Positions 39,494-53,020 of a stretch of DNA of 64,000 nt are shown one piece after another. The notes under the pieces were generated by a model. The model searched no databases. It worked only from the letters and a program-made list of their open reading frames with translations, and was not told where the DNA came from. The DNA is from Chiloscyllium plagiosum (Eukaryota). The stretch's first letter is position 1; each line of letters starts with the position of its first letter. The position numbers and the translations under genes are program-made. Location: NCBI RefSeq assembly GCF_004010195.1, contig NC_057719.1, positions 76,255,939-76,319,938 of the forward strand. The letters run 5' to 3'.

Positions 39494-39830
39494 GGGGCAG
39501 CATGGTGGCTCAGTGGTTAGCACGGCTGTTTTACAGCACCAGGGACCCAGATTTGATTCTATCCTTGGATGACTATGTGGAGTTTGCACATTCTCCCTGT
39601 GTCTTCATGGGTTCCCTTTGGGTGTTCTAGTTTCCTCCCAGTCCAAGACGGAAATGTCAGGTGGATTTGCTATGCTTAAATTGCCCACAGTGTCTGGGGA
39701 TATGTAGGATAGGTGGATTAACCATGGGATTAGCCGTAGCATTACAGGATGGATCTGGGTAGGATGCTGTTTGGTCAGTGTGGTCTCTCTGGGCCGTATG
39801 GCCTGCTTCCACACTGTAGAGATTCTGTGT
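39494..39830 (+). mobile_element. tRNA-derived SINE (HE1-like)
   Basis: GGGGCAGCATGGTGGCTCAGTGGTTAGCAC head. Confidence 0.85.
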
Positions 39831-41716
39831 TAACTTCTACATACTAGGTCTGCCAAGTACACCAGCCTATGGCACTCTGAATTGTTGCTAAAGTGTTCTT
39901 TGTTTTTTCTTTACTACATTTTTGACTTTGTACTTCTGCACACTTTGAAATGATGACCTGTATGCATATGTCCATGCTAATGATATGTTAAGGACACCCA
40001 CTGGCAGACACTACAAAAAATTAACCCACATCTGTGAAACAACTATAAATAACTATGCTTCACATTATGTTCATTAGACAATTTCATATCCACACCCACA
40101 CTTTCATCTAACAGGTTTCAATTTTGCTGATATGTCTGTATCAAACGACTTTTAAAAATCCAAATAGGCACATCAATTGCACTACCATCAGAAACCCTCT
40201 TCTCACTACATCTAAGATTTGTGTGTCTAACACGACTCGACTCTAACAACCCATGACTATCATTTATTAACTAACTGGCTGGGGTTATTGACTTCATCTT
40301 CTGCTTTCTGAGAAGGAGCATAAATATTTGCAATACTCCAGTGCTCTGGGACCACTTCTCTACAAATGAAGAATTGGATTATTATGGCTATTGTTATTTC
40401 CATCTTTACTACTGGTCTTTCTCCAGCTTGCAGGTAGAGGGTTAGCTCAAGGGTCAGTGTTTGGGCTCAGCTATTTAAGATTCACTTAAATGGCCTGGTT
40501 GAGGGAACCAATGCAACATTCAACAATTTGCTGATGACACAAAACCAGGCAAGATTGAGACATGAGAACGATGTGAGGAGGCTTCAAGTGATGTAGACAA
40601 ATTCAGTGAGTGGTCAAAACATGGCAGATTCATTATAATGTGGCAAAGTGTGAAGTCATATACTTATGAAAATCAGAATGGAGTATTGTTTAATATTAGT
40701 AAGTGTGAATGTAAAAAGAGTTCTGGGTGTCCTTGTGTACTATTTTAGAAGACAGTCCAGTGCAGCAAGCAATTAAATCAAATGGTATATTGGCTTCCTT
40801 GCAAGGGGATTTGAGTTCAGAAACAGGATTTTCTTACTGTAGGTATACAGGGCATGGGTGAGACCACACATATAATATGTGCATTTTTGATCTCCCTACC
40901 CAAGGATGGATGAATTTGCTAGAGTGTGAAAGGAACAGACATTCACTGGATAGACACCACAATGGCAGGACAGTCCTGAGATTTGCTCAACTAAAGTATA
41001 GAAGGATAAGAGAGGACAAAATTATAATACATAAAATTCTCACAAGGCTGGACAAACTACATACAGAGAGAATGTTTTTGCTGGTTGTTGAGCCTAGAAT
41101 CAGAGTCGAATTCGCAGTGGACCTATGGAATTCTCTACCACGAAAATGTTTGGAAGCCAAGTCACCGAAAATATTCAAAAAAAAGAGATTAATTCATTTT
41201 AAGATAAAGATATCAAGGGGTAAGGGGAGAAAGTGGGAACATGGCAGTCAGCCATGATCATACTGAAATGATGGAAGACAAATGGGTTAAATAACCTAGT
41301 TACTGTGTTTAGGAGAGAATTTCTATTGAGGCTGCCAACGTCTATCCTCTTTCTCTAATTGTATCCTGTGTAATTTCTCTACTACTTTAACTACGGTAAT
41401 GGCAGCAGCCTCTTTATAAGGAAAATACAAAATACTTAGCTGCACATCATTTTTATTTTGGTCTGTGATTATCGCTACCCAACTTTCGACTCCTGTTTTG
41501 CAACTTACATAGCGATAAGACACTTTAGGACTTCCTTTTATGTACTTATACTCTATTTGCCTCTTAATTTTTTTCCTCAACTCATCTTCCTACTCTATTA
41601 TTTGCCTGATGTTAATTGTTAGCGTCCCTTTTCTGTCTTACCTGCCTGTCTTTAGTCACCCAAATCAAACTTTGTATGCTCTGTTTCTCCTTTCTAAGGA
41701 TACTCCTAGCCTATTA

Positions 41717-42036
41717 GGGGCGGCACGGTGGCACAGTGGTTAGCACTGCTGCCTCACAGCGCCAGAGACCCGGGTTCAATTCCCGACTCAGGCGACTGAC
41801 TGTGTGGAGTTTGCACATTCTCCCCGTGTCTGCGTGGGTTTCCTCCGGGTGCTCCGGTTTCCTCCCACAGTCACAAAGATGTGCGGGTTAGGTGAATTGG
41901 CCATGCTAAATTGCCCATAGTGTTACGTTAAAGGGGGTAAATGTAGGGGTATGGTGGGTTGCGCTTCGGCGGGTCGGTGTGGACTTGTTGGGCCGAAGGG
42001 CCTGTTTCCACACTGTAAGTAATCTAATCTAATCTA
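41717..42036 (+). mobile_element. Young full-length tRNA-derived SINE (HE1-like)
   Basis: CpG-rich, with intact A box TGGCACAGTGG, B box GGTTCAATTCC and (TAATC)3 tail. Confidence 0.92.
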
Positions 42037-45000
42037 TACCTAAAATATCTCCGAACATTAATTATTTGAAAGCACAGGCAAATTGTGGAAACTTCAGCCT
42101 TCAAAAGTGATTAGGTAGAAGTCAAGACAAAGTGAAAATAGCCAAATTAGTCAATAATGAGCAATGGATAGACAGAACCTGTAATTTTTCACTGTACAGA
42201 CTTTCCTATGCATTTTTAAAATAATCACTTTCTGTAATCCTTGCCAGGATGTAGATGATTCTTTTGCCAACTGAGATTCAATGGTCAACTTTACTACATC
42301 AGGCATAAAAGCACATTTATCTCTTTCCTATTTCGTTGGTTTTCCACAGCTCTCCTTGAAACAACACATTCAAACCTTAAAAATTCAACATATGAATTTG
42401 AGATTTTAGTGCATATTGCTTCAGCCGTCTGATTGCTGCTCATTTTCCACCCACAGAACCACACTATCTTTTAGTGCAGTAGGACAAAGCGATGCTTATC
42501 CAAATGCAGACAGATGGTGGTAATATGGGAGGATATTTGTTAATCTCAAATAATTTAACTAATCTTCTCCAAACAATATTTGAATTTTAGTACACAAAAC
42601 CAAAGTTGATTCACTCTGAGATACTGATTTCTTAAACTATTTAATATTTAATTTCTCTAATTTTATGCATTTACAAATTGACAGGTACGCTTATCTCCCT
42701 TATCAAGAAACAACTTATCAGGATACCTTTTGAACAGACCCAAACAACTGTTAATTGCTGTTTCGATGCTGCAACAAATTGGAAAGGCATTGGATTACCT
42801 GACAGGGTATCCGTTTAGTGTGGTAAAACATAACATAATGTTACAAACCTACTTCCATCTCTCTCTCTCTCTCTCTGCTCTTCTCTCCTTTTGCAGAAAG
42901 CATCAAGCATACATTAAAACCCTTTTGGTGGCACCGAAGAAAAGTGCAGCGAAACCTTTTCTAAGCAGGATACACTTGCAATATCAGAAAAGATGGTTGA
43001 TACAAAGGAACTGCGAGTGTTTTAACGAAAAAAGTCAGAGGTATTTGGTGTGGGTATCAACAGTTTACAACATTAAGTGTGAAAATATGGAATCACAATA
43101 TTTTAACATAAAACAATTCTTTTGCCTCTGTTTTGTATCTCAGGCAAATGCTTACATTCATGGTGTTCTCCAGTTCATACACTTGTTGTAAGCATTCTAA
43201 CATTCTATAATCCAGAACATAGCTTAATATGGAAGTGACATGGTCTGAAGCATTCTGGGCAGGAGATATTATTATATAGTTAGTGTTTCTAATTAAACAT
43301 CTGTGTCATTACAAAAATATTGGGGGGGTTGTATGCAATTTCCACCAGTTTGAAAAAGTTGTAACAGACGATAGTATAATTCACTTCAAATGAGTAAATA
43401 AATTAAGATTCGTTTGAAAAAAAAGTCAATATTTAACAAGTCGCTTTATGAATAGCATTACAATAAGTTCTATTTCAGACATTTCTTGTACAGGAATTGT
43501 ATATAAATAAATTTGAATGTGGACATTTATTTTACAGCAGTCACAATTTTCATCAAGCAACTACTTAAACTGTAGTGACAGATTAGACCTTCATAACATG
43601 CTCATTAACATTAGCTTAGTCATAAAAGACTATTTTTTGAATCATTATACAGTTTTTAAAGTTATTTAGCAGCATTTCAGGCCAACCAAGTTACTATGTA
43701 AAAATCAAACTCTAGGATGGAAATGACCATTGATTGCACACCCATTAAAATGGTCAATTCTGGCAGTTTATTTTTACCCTCAAAGAAAAAGTTATTATAT
43801 TGAAACAGATATTAAAACATCGTTAAACAGAAAATTCTTCATTACTAAAAGGACACATGTGGCATTTGTCCAACTGTAGGCACTGGGTCTAGGAAAACAG
43901 TTTCAGCACAGTTGATGTGTACAGATGCAGCAACGGTAGCATGAAAGAAACATCTACATTTGAGTTAAAGTTATCAATGATTTGGTGCACCAAATGAAGA
44001 TTTTCATACCAATGTATAGCCTATATTAGCACAATATTGGAAGGTACAGTGGTGAAACATAAATTGCCATTTATGTGGCATTTACTAATCCCTTGAGTTC
44101 ACACAAATTGAGGATTAAATTGGTGATGAAACACCTCTGTTAAATGACATTTACATGAAAATTATTATAAGTTTTAAATATTTTTAGCAGATCTATTATG
44201 GATTTTGTGAGGTATATTAGTTTAATAGCAGAATTATACATTTATTTTCCAAATTCAGTTATCGATTTAATGTGTGCAACTGAAACAGTTTTTATCCTCA
44301 GAACAATTCTTGAAAGCCAATTCTTGAGGACCTTACAGGGTTACAAACAAGCTTTATGATAAAATGAAAATAACAGAATCTTGGATAATAAAAAGGATCA
44401 AGAACAAACAAAGCTAATACCAATTATGAGGGATGTACTGCTACTATAATGTTTAGTGTCCCATGTTTACTGAGCATAAATGTCTATAAACCTATATAGT
44501 ACATATATATCCCTGCCTAAACATTCATCGTTGGCAAATTATTAAATAGCAAAAGATTCCGTACAGAAGCAGGGAATAGTTCAGCTAGATGGTAAGACAT
44601 TTTAATTAGGTCAAGGTTTAGAATTTAACGATAGGCTCCAAATGTTCATAGTAGCTAATACAGAGGGTCACTTACAAATATATGAAATGCTAATTTGAAT
44701 TTATAATCAGATTTCTGCAGATAGGACCCTATTTACTGCCAAGATACACTTTATATTGAAGTACTCTTTTACTTAAGAGACGTATGAGCAGCATATTCTA
44801 ACCCTATCACAAGATGTGCAGGGTGTAACTTGAAAATGTTTCTGCATGAGCCCTTGTCACTACTACAGATGAAGTTCTTTAAGAATTCCAGTGGAAATGA
44901 AGTCATATTTTCTTTAAATTTAAGAAGCAAAACTTTGCTATTTGATTTGCTATTCAAACCACATGAATTGAGTAGAGATGTGAAGATAACTTGAATTTTC

Positions 45001-47143
45001 TCCTCTAACCCAAAGCAATATACATTCTATTGGTCTAATATATACAATCCCACAAATCTCTGTAGGTGGTGTGGTACTAACATGTCAACTAAATTTGGGT
45101 TAAAGCATAAAGCATAAAAGCACAACCCCAATTATGTATTTGGTACAATATTTGCTTTTTTAAAAAAAACACAAAAATAGATTTGTAATAAAATAGGCTT
45201 CAAATGAAAAAAACACACAAAAGAAATTAGATTGAAGGCTTGTGATCACCTTACGTGAATGTACGCTGGGAAAGTATTGATATGTCGGTATACCAATGCC
45301 GGTATACCTTACCAACAAGAGGCAACGGTTAAATCAGTTTTGCCTATTTTCAGACATGCCTGCTCGAGGGGATTAGTGCTCAAACAAAGCAAAGCACATT
45401 ATCTATTTTATTCCCTTTCAGGATTGTTGAATCTCCAAAAGGAAAGGGAAAAGAATGTATACTTCTGCTGAGACTGTTTGTCAGTTATCTGCCACAAAGT
45501 AGCCATTTGTATTTCGCAAATACACATCTACTTTAATCAATGATTAGTGCACTGTCAATGCTAGCATTTAAGTATTAAAATGACTGGGAAAGAAAAGACA
45601 GAGAAAGCACATGTCATTTTTGTGGGCCACAGGCAGTCTGAACAGAGGTCACATAATTGTTGGTCACACCTGCAGACAAAGGACAGAAATTATTATTCAG
45701 CAGTTACGCAGTTTATTCAAAAAAACTGATAGCATTTGGCAAGTAAAGTCATTCCATTATTCAATTAGTTGGCAACAAGTCTCACAGTTTCTTCCAACTG
45801 GAACAGTAGGTCAGTGAGCCCCAAAGGCTTATCCACAATTTTCACCATTGCTTGGTGAAGTGATGTGACTCAAGCAGGGTCAGCAATTGTATTAGCCTAT
45901 GGCAACATTTGACAGGTAGTATATCCAGCAGCCAAAGGACCTGCACCAGAGTAATCATCTGAAGCACTACATATATAATTAACTGCCAGCAGATAAACAT
46001 TTATATGCTGAAAGAGACACATAGTTTTAAAGTTATGGAATGCTCATGTTTATATGCAGAACTAGTTTCTTAGGGATTTGTCCGACACTTGTACTTAAGA
46101 ACAGTGTGAAGGAAGCCTACTAGGGCAACAAAACATCTAAATTGTAATATAATATAGAAAGGATAAAAACCTTTTATACGAAAATTAACCAAGTTAAAAA
46201 TATCCCATTCCACAAAAGATCACATTAAAACTTGCCAATTAGGTGACACTTATAGTACCCAAAATTACAAAAAATTATTTGATTTTAATACAAAGGCTGT
46301 AGTGAAAATTAAGAATGACAGAAAACAAAACAAGTAACATAGCATACTATAAACTCTCATACTGGCATCTGTCAACAGTTGAGTCTATGTTTTCATGTGC
46401 TTTGTCTAAAAAAGCCGAGTTAAAAAATTACAAAGGTATCTTTGATTGTACACTGTTGTAATGACTATGGAAATTTGCTAAGTGAAATACTATACCATTA
46501 TTTTGTCCATACTTATTGTATGTTTTAAAATAGTTCAATCACATTTTGAGAAATGAGATTTCATCCAAACAAAATAATGCAGGTATTACATTTGCCAACA
46601 GATTTCTCAACTGTTTATGGACAGTACTTACAAAAGCAGCTGTTGATAGACATTAACAGTCTGAATGTTGATTATTAATCTGGATTCTAAACACTATCCA
46701 CTCCAGTGTATAAGAGATCACACATGCAGTTTATTGAATTTTCTAAAAATTTAACTTAATTTTTCCAAGTCATATAACTGTGAAATCCTTACTTGATTGA
46801 TTACTCCTGCAGAATCTTCCAAGTGTCTTTACAAAAATTTCAAGTACATAGGTTACACTGTCATTCATGTTTGTGTCTTAAAATTTATAGTAGATGTTTA
46901 ATTGTCTGTTACAAAAATAAATTACATCCAGGAGATAAAAGGAAGTAGTTGCAAGGTGATAAACTGGCAACTTATTATCTGTGGTCTATAAATGACTCAG
47001 CCATTCTGTACATATTCCCTTTACAATCCTATAATAGTTAACAAATGTCAAAGTTAACATCTGGCTAGCCACTCAACCAGCAGCAAATATTGGGAATTAA
47101 ACATTATTGCCCTACAGGAAAAGACATCATTTTTTTTTCATTT

Positions 47144-47260
47144 TTATAACTTATGACGATATTTCATGTATACAACCATTGCCAACACTGATATACCCAG
47201 CGCTGTCAGTACTAGTGATGAGAAACCAGAGATGTGGATTTGGTTATTCTTGGATTTTAT
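47144..47260 (-). CDS. SYNJ2BP: SYNJ2BP-like exon 4 (tail anchor: IKSKNNQIHISGFSSLVLTALGISVLAMVVYMKYRHKL*)
   Basis: Acceptor TTTTCTTTCAG in phase 0. Hydrophobic helix plus basic MKYRHKL, resembling the OMP25 C-terminus MRYRQQL. TAA at 47146-47144. Confidence 0.88.
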   Translation of the reverse strand: MKSKNNQIHISGFSSLVLTALGISVLAMVVYMKYRHKL

Positions 47261-47775
47261 CTGAAAGAAAACATTAAATATATTACTGGATTGTAATTAA
47301 CATCAAAATATCTAAACTGCACTTTGAAGTGTTCAAAGTACTATCCATATTTCCGAGACTTCAGTTTTATCACCATTTTGGGTGCTAACAGACTGATTAT
47401 TTCCCATTAGCCTCTGAACTCTCAGCAATCTGTAACAATGAAAACACTGTCCTGTACCATTAATCTTAAAAAGTTGATTTCAAAAATACTTGTGTTTTTT
47501 CTAAAAAATAAAGGCCAAGGTAAGCTTTAATTTGCCTTCGGTACATTTTCACTGACCACTTGTGAAGTTGTTTATTGTTTTTTCTGTTGCCCAGGCCACA
47601 TTTGAGCTATTTGGTTGATAAACAGATTTTGCCAGTGGATCTGGATTATCCACTGGGAGTAAATCTAATGCAACTCTTTTGCTTTCATCTGCTTGTTGTA
47701 CTGTTTGTTTCCACTTGGTTGCTACAAAATTTCGAATGACATTACAGCAGAAACTCACAATCAGCCACACTTGGT

Positions 47776-48012
47776 TATTTAGGAATTTAGAGATGGAAAT
47801 GTGTTGCTGGAAAAGCGCAGCAGGTCAGGCAGCATCTAGGGAACAGGAGAATCGACGTTTCGGGCATTAGCCCTTCTTCAGGAATGAGGAAAGTTGGTCC
47901 AGCAGGCTAAGATAAAAGATAGGGAGGAGGGACTTGGGGGAGGGGCAACACATTTCCATCTCTGATCTCCAGCATCTGCAGACCTCACTTTCTCCTCTAT
48001 TTAGGAATTTAG
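47776..48012. mobile_element. Inverted mini-Penelope insertion with 15-bp TSD TATTTAGGAATTTAG in SYNJ2BP-like intron 3
   Basis: TSD at 47776-47790 and 47998-48012. 19-bp inverted repeat 47789-47807 / 47945-47963 and 34-nt tail 47964-47997. Confidence 0.9.
47850..47884 (-). ncRNA. Putative minimal hammerhead ribozyme
   Basis: The minus strand reads ttc-CTGAAGA-aGGGC-taat-GCCC-GAAA-cg-TC-gat. The core, stem II and GUC triplet are intact; stem I is short. Confidence 0.65.
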
Positions 48013-48305
48013 GAAGGTAGAAGTAATTTTTCTCACCTAATGTATTTACAGTGGCATTGTTAAATATCTGAACTGGAAAAAAAACAGACCAGCTAGCAAG
48101 AACAGTGGCTCATTGGTTAGCATTGCTGTCTCACAGCACTGAGGACATGGGTTCAATTCCCACCTCAGAATTCTATCAATCTGAGCTGTGAATACACACA
48201 ACTGAGCATCTACAGTTGTCTAGAATAAGGATTGCAAGATTTCACAGGGTCTCAAGCAATAAAATTTCTCTTGATCACATGCCTAAAGGGACACCCATTA
48301 CTCAA

Positions 48306-49110
48306 ATCACAGAATCCTAGAATCCCTACAGTGTGGAAATAGGCCATTTGGCCCAACAAGTCCACACCAACCCTCCGAAAAGCATCTCACCCAGGCCCAT
48401 TTCCCTAACTAATGCACCTAACCTACGCATTCCTGAACACTCTGGGCAATTTAGCATGGCCAATTCACCCAACCTGCACATCTTTGGACTGTGGGAGGAA
48501 ACCGGAGCACCTGGAGTAAACCAACGCAAACACAGGGAGAATGTGCAAACACAGACAGTCGCCCAAGGCTGGAATCAAACTCAGATCCTTGGTGCTGTGA
48601 GGCAGCAGTGCTAACCACTGAGCCACCGATATGACCCTTCGTTCTGCATTCTCTACCAAGGTGTCTCAGAATATTACTGTGTGCCATAAACTCATTCTTC
48701 TAAACTCATGTTATGTTGTACACATTGTGGGTGAACTGCCTTTCTTCTGCACTGTAACCATTGTGATTTTATGATACTGATCTCAATGGCACTTTCCAAG
48801 AACTTGCATTTCATGGAATCCCTACAGTGTGGAATCAGGCCATTTGGCCCACTGAGTCCATATTGACCATGCAAAGAGCATCCTACCCAGGCCACTACCC
48901 CACCCCTGTAACTCTGCATTTCCCTTGGCTAATCAACCTTGACTACACATCGCTGGACTACACTACGTGCAATTTCAGTAGCCAATCCATCTAACCCTCT
49001 CATCTTTGGACAGTGGGAGAAGACTTGAGCACCCACAGAAAGCCCATGCAGGCCTGGGGAGAATGCGCAAACTCCACATAGACAATGGAGCCAAAGTTCC
49101 ACCGGCAGCA
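48306..49110 (-). mobile_element. Two adjacent tRNA-derived SINE copies (~48306-48630 and ~48812-49110)
   Basis: Both match the 41717 SINE in reverse complement. Confidence 0.8.
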
Positions 49111-49547
49111 ATGAGATCATTATCAGAGATAATGTGTTTTAGTGATGTTGGTTAAGGGATAAATATTTAACAGGAGAGATGTCCTCACTTTCACTTGAGG
49201 TGCAATGGGATCTTTATATCTCAGTCAATTTATATCACATTTGAAAGAGGGCACATACGGCTGTCAATCAGTGTTCAGTGACTGAGTCTGTGGTCCTCTG
49301 ACTCAACAGGCATGTGTACTATCACTATACCAAGGTGGACAGCAAGGGCCATTCAATAACTCATGTGTCATTACATATAGTATTTCCTTAGACAAGTGGT
49401 ACTTAAGATAGAGGATTCAAAACAATATCAACACATCTAAAAGAATTGCCAAAAAAATTAAATGCCACTGGTTTCTTGCAAGAAGTAGAACCAAGAAACT
49501 CCTGATGGAATCAGAGAGTAGAAATTGGGCCAACACACATACTTTAC

Positions 49548-49643
49548 CTTTTTTAAGACTAGTAGTGTCACCTCGTCACCAGCATTTCGAAATATTTCCA
49601 CTGCTTCCTGATGAGTCAAGTTGCAGAGCTCTCGCCCATTGAT
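49548..49643 (-). CDS. SYNJ2BP: SYNJ2BP-like exon 3 (INGRELCNLTHQEAVEIFRNAGDEVTLLVLKK)
   Basis: 96-nt AG/GT-bounded exon encoding the PDZ alphaB helix (THQEAV..FR.AG). Confidence 0.92.
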
Positions 49644-51729
49644 CTAATTGACAGAGGAAATTTATTTTAAAAGGATACTGGTTTATACAAAGTTGTGATG
49701 GTGGAAAATATGTCTAATACAGCACAGCAAACTGCATAATCTTAAAGTCAAAAGATTACTTATCTTCTATTGGAACACTTACTGGAGCCATTCAATCATT
49801 CCCACAGGGAAACCAACTTCAATTGTGTATTTACAAAGGAGGTAGATCAGTAACATTTAATTTGGTATTCTGCTATAAAGGTGTTCCTAAGTTCAATTTA
49901 GTCAATGATAAGTCTGTATGGGAACAGAATCATTCCCACTTCTGAATGCTATCCAGTGAAACATATGATGAGTGCTGCTTTAAAGTACATCACAATCAAA
50001 ACATCAACCAACATTTAAAATCATCAATTGAACACAGTGACAAAGGTCAGTATTATTGGCAAAGAACCCTCCCCCAAGCTACAAACAAATAATCACAATG
50101 TGGTAACAGCACAGGGCACCATACAGTCCACTGTGCTCAGCCAAGTGTCTGTAAAAGAATCTTAATTAGTCTTACTCATCTGCTGTTTGCCTTTGGGCCT
50201 GCAGTTTCTCTCATTTCAGGTGCATGTCCAATTCCTGCCTGAAAGCCCTCATTGTGTCTGCCTCCATCATACTCTCTGATTGTGCATTTCAAAACTTAAC
50301 CACTCACTAAAAAATGTTTTCTTCATTTTGCTGTTGGCCCTTTTCGAATTCAGTTTATAGCGATGCTTTCTGGTTCTTCAGCCCTTCAGCAAAGGGAGTT
50401 GTTTATATCTATTCTGCCTAGATCATTTATGATTTTGAACACTTTCATATCTCCTTTCAAACTTTTCTTTAGAAACAGCAACCTTAACTTGTGTAAGATA
50501 ATCATGTAGCTCAAATTCCTTATCACTGAAACTAATCCTTTACAGTTTTTCTGCATCCTCTCTGAATTCTATATATCCTTTTTAACACCCACTGCCCTGA
50601 ATCAGACAATTTTCCAGTTATGCCAGAACCTGAGTTTTAACTTCTCTTATAACTTCTTTGCTTTCATTTCGAAAGCCAAGAATCTAATTACTCTTTTAAA
50701 CCATTTTCTAAACTACCTTAAGTGATGTGTGCACTTATGCTCCTGGATTGCTCTGTTCCTGCACTCCTTTCAAAACTGTATCCTTTATCTTATCTTGCCT
50801 CTCCTTGCTTTACCTACCAAAATGTACAACTTCAATCTTATTTGAATAAAGTTTCATGTGCTACGCGCCTGCATTCCATTTCATGTCTATCAATACTCTT
50901 CAGAGCTCACAATACTTCCTAGTTGTATGTCATCTACAACTTTTACAATTATGCCCTGTACACCCAAATCTCATCAATATACATCAAGAAATCAGTGGCC
51001 CTAGTACAAATCCCATTGTTTGCCTTCACCAGTCCAAACAAAAATTGATCATTACTCAATTTCATGTCACGTTGCCGATTTTCACATCCATGCTACCATT
51101 CTCCTTTTTATTCCACTGGCTACAATTTTGCTCCGAAGTTAATTCAGCAAGCACCTTTTGAAGCCCATACAGTGTACACACTGGAAAGTAAAAAATGGCC
51201 ATCATAAAGTCAAATAGCCCAGCAGCACAAGCTGCAACTAGTGAACCTACTCAAGAAAGAGCAAAATTCACAGAACGCTAACCCGACAGCTGTCACCAAC
51301 TTCAGTATATTAAAGGAGCTGTGACAGTGGAGAATTGTGAAATTGAAAAATGACAATGGAGACATTCCACTTTTAAGTATCCTTCCAAAAATACAGCTGT
51401 ATCATTCCTTGATTCATGGCAGATAATTCATGTTTCTGTTTCATTTCACTTCTTTAACTGAAAGGCACCACCACAAACCTCTTCTCTCTTATTGCAGGAC
51501 TTCTGAGTTAGTTAGTACATCAGGTAAAACAGATTACATAGGGATGAGAAGCAGGATTTTTGAATTTACACCAAATAGAATATTGGATGAGTCAGCCTTT
51601 ATAGACCTTGTCCATGAAACTAATGGCAAGAAAATAAAGGTGGGAGTGTAAAGACCAGCTAATCTAATATGACACACTTTAAACCACTCCTCAACAAAGA
51701 GCTCAAAATAAACACGTTGGATGCCTTAC

Positions 51730-51866
51730 TGCTAAGATTTGGTCTTGCTCCTTTAAACGTCCATCAAGAGCTGCAGGTCCATCTTCTTTAATTTTGGTAA
51801 CATAGATTGCAGAATCATTACAAAAGTACCGGTGGTCAGTTCCTCCGATAATATTGAATCCCAACC
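51730..51866 (-). CDS. SYNJ2BP: SYNJ2BP-like exon 2 ([46 protein letters not shown])
   Basis: 137-nt exon with AG acceptor, GTAAGG donor and the PDZ GLGF loop. Its phase is compatible with exons 1 and 3. Confidence 0.93.
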
Positions 51867-52639
51867 CTATATAAGAAATAAAGGACACAGACAAACCTGG
51901 TCACAAGTGGGATAAAGCTTGTTCAAACATCTGCCAATGACTATTAAACTACAAATTCCTCAAATAAATTGAATATTTGCAATAAACTCCATTTCTTCAA
52001 CAAAACATTCACCCAACGATAGCGCTTTGAGCAACTTTAAACAGTGCATATGTATTTAGAGATGGGTTAGATCAATTCCAGAGTTTGATGAACAAATAAA
52101 AGTCTTGTTGGAAATAATGAGCAATAATGCAATATCCCACTTCTGATTTTTAATCAAAATGGAGCAGTTTTCATGCTCTGCATTTATTGAGAATAATGCT
52201 GAACCCGAAAAACTGTAAAGTGCCTCAGTGGAAGTGAGATGTTGTTACTCCAGCTTGCATTGGGTTTCACAGCAACACTGGAGCAGGCTAGGATTAAAAT
52301 GGTGGCACGAGAGTTCAACAGTCTATTTGAAATAGCAAGCAACTAGATTAGATTGCTGGATTCATTCTTATAGACAGAGCGGAGGTGTTCCACAAAGCAG
52401 TCACTCGGTCTGTGTTTGATCTTGCCAATATGAAGGAAACTGTACCGTGAGCATTGTTCAACATCCTGCTTCACCATTTAGCTAACAGCTTAGATTTCAC
52501 TGAGCTGAATGAACAGGGCAAATAACTTAAAATTAGATTAATTCTTGAGAAATAGTAACAAATATGAGGAAGTATAAATTAGCAGGTGAATTTAGTCTCA
52601 AATCAGGAAAAGAACAAGGATTAAAAAGCGAATTTAAAG

Positions 52640-53020
52640 GAAAAAGACTTACATTTCTATAGTTACTTTTCATAATCACAGGAAATCTCAAAGCCCTTTA
52701 CAGCCAATTAAATACTTTTAAGTGCAGATATGATTGAAATGCAGAAAATATGGCAACCTATTGGCACACAGCAAGCTCACACAAACAGCAATGCAAAAAT
52801 GCCCACAAATATTTGCGATGTGGACTGAGGTATAAGTACTGGGACAGGACATTGGGAAAACTCCCCTGATCTTCCTTAAAATATTATAGAATTTTTTACA
52901 TTCACTTGAGGGCAGATAAAACCTTGATGTAACATCACATCCAAAAGGCTGCACCTCTGACAATGATGAAGCCTCCATACAGTCAGTTATAATTTTGAAT
53001 GCTCAAGTCTGGAATGGGAC
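52640..53020 (-). mobile_element. Old Deu-domain-type SINE (AmnSINE/SacSINE-like), degenerate
   Basis: The segment CCCCTGATCTTC..TTTTACATTCACTTGAGGGCAGA..AACATCACATCCAAAAGGCTGCACCTCTGACA resembles the Deu domain as remembered, with an L2-like tail. Confidence 0.55.

Noticed and set aside
41717..41790. tRNA gene
   Set aside because: It is the tRNA-derived head of a SINE and continues into the SINE body and tail.
42730..43191. 153-aa plus-strand ORF
   Set aside because: It has a non-ATG start, spans a CT microsatellite and has no recognisable homology.
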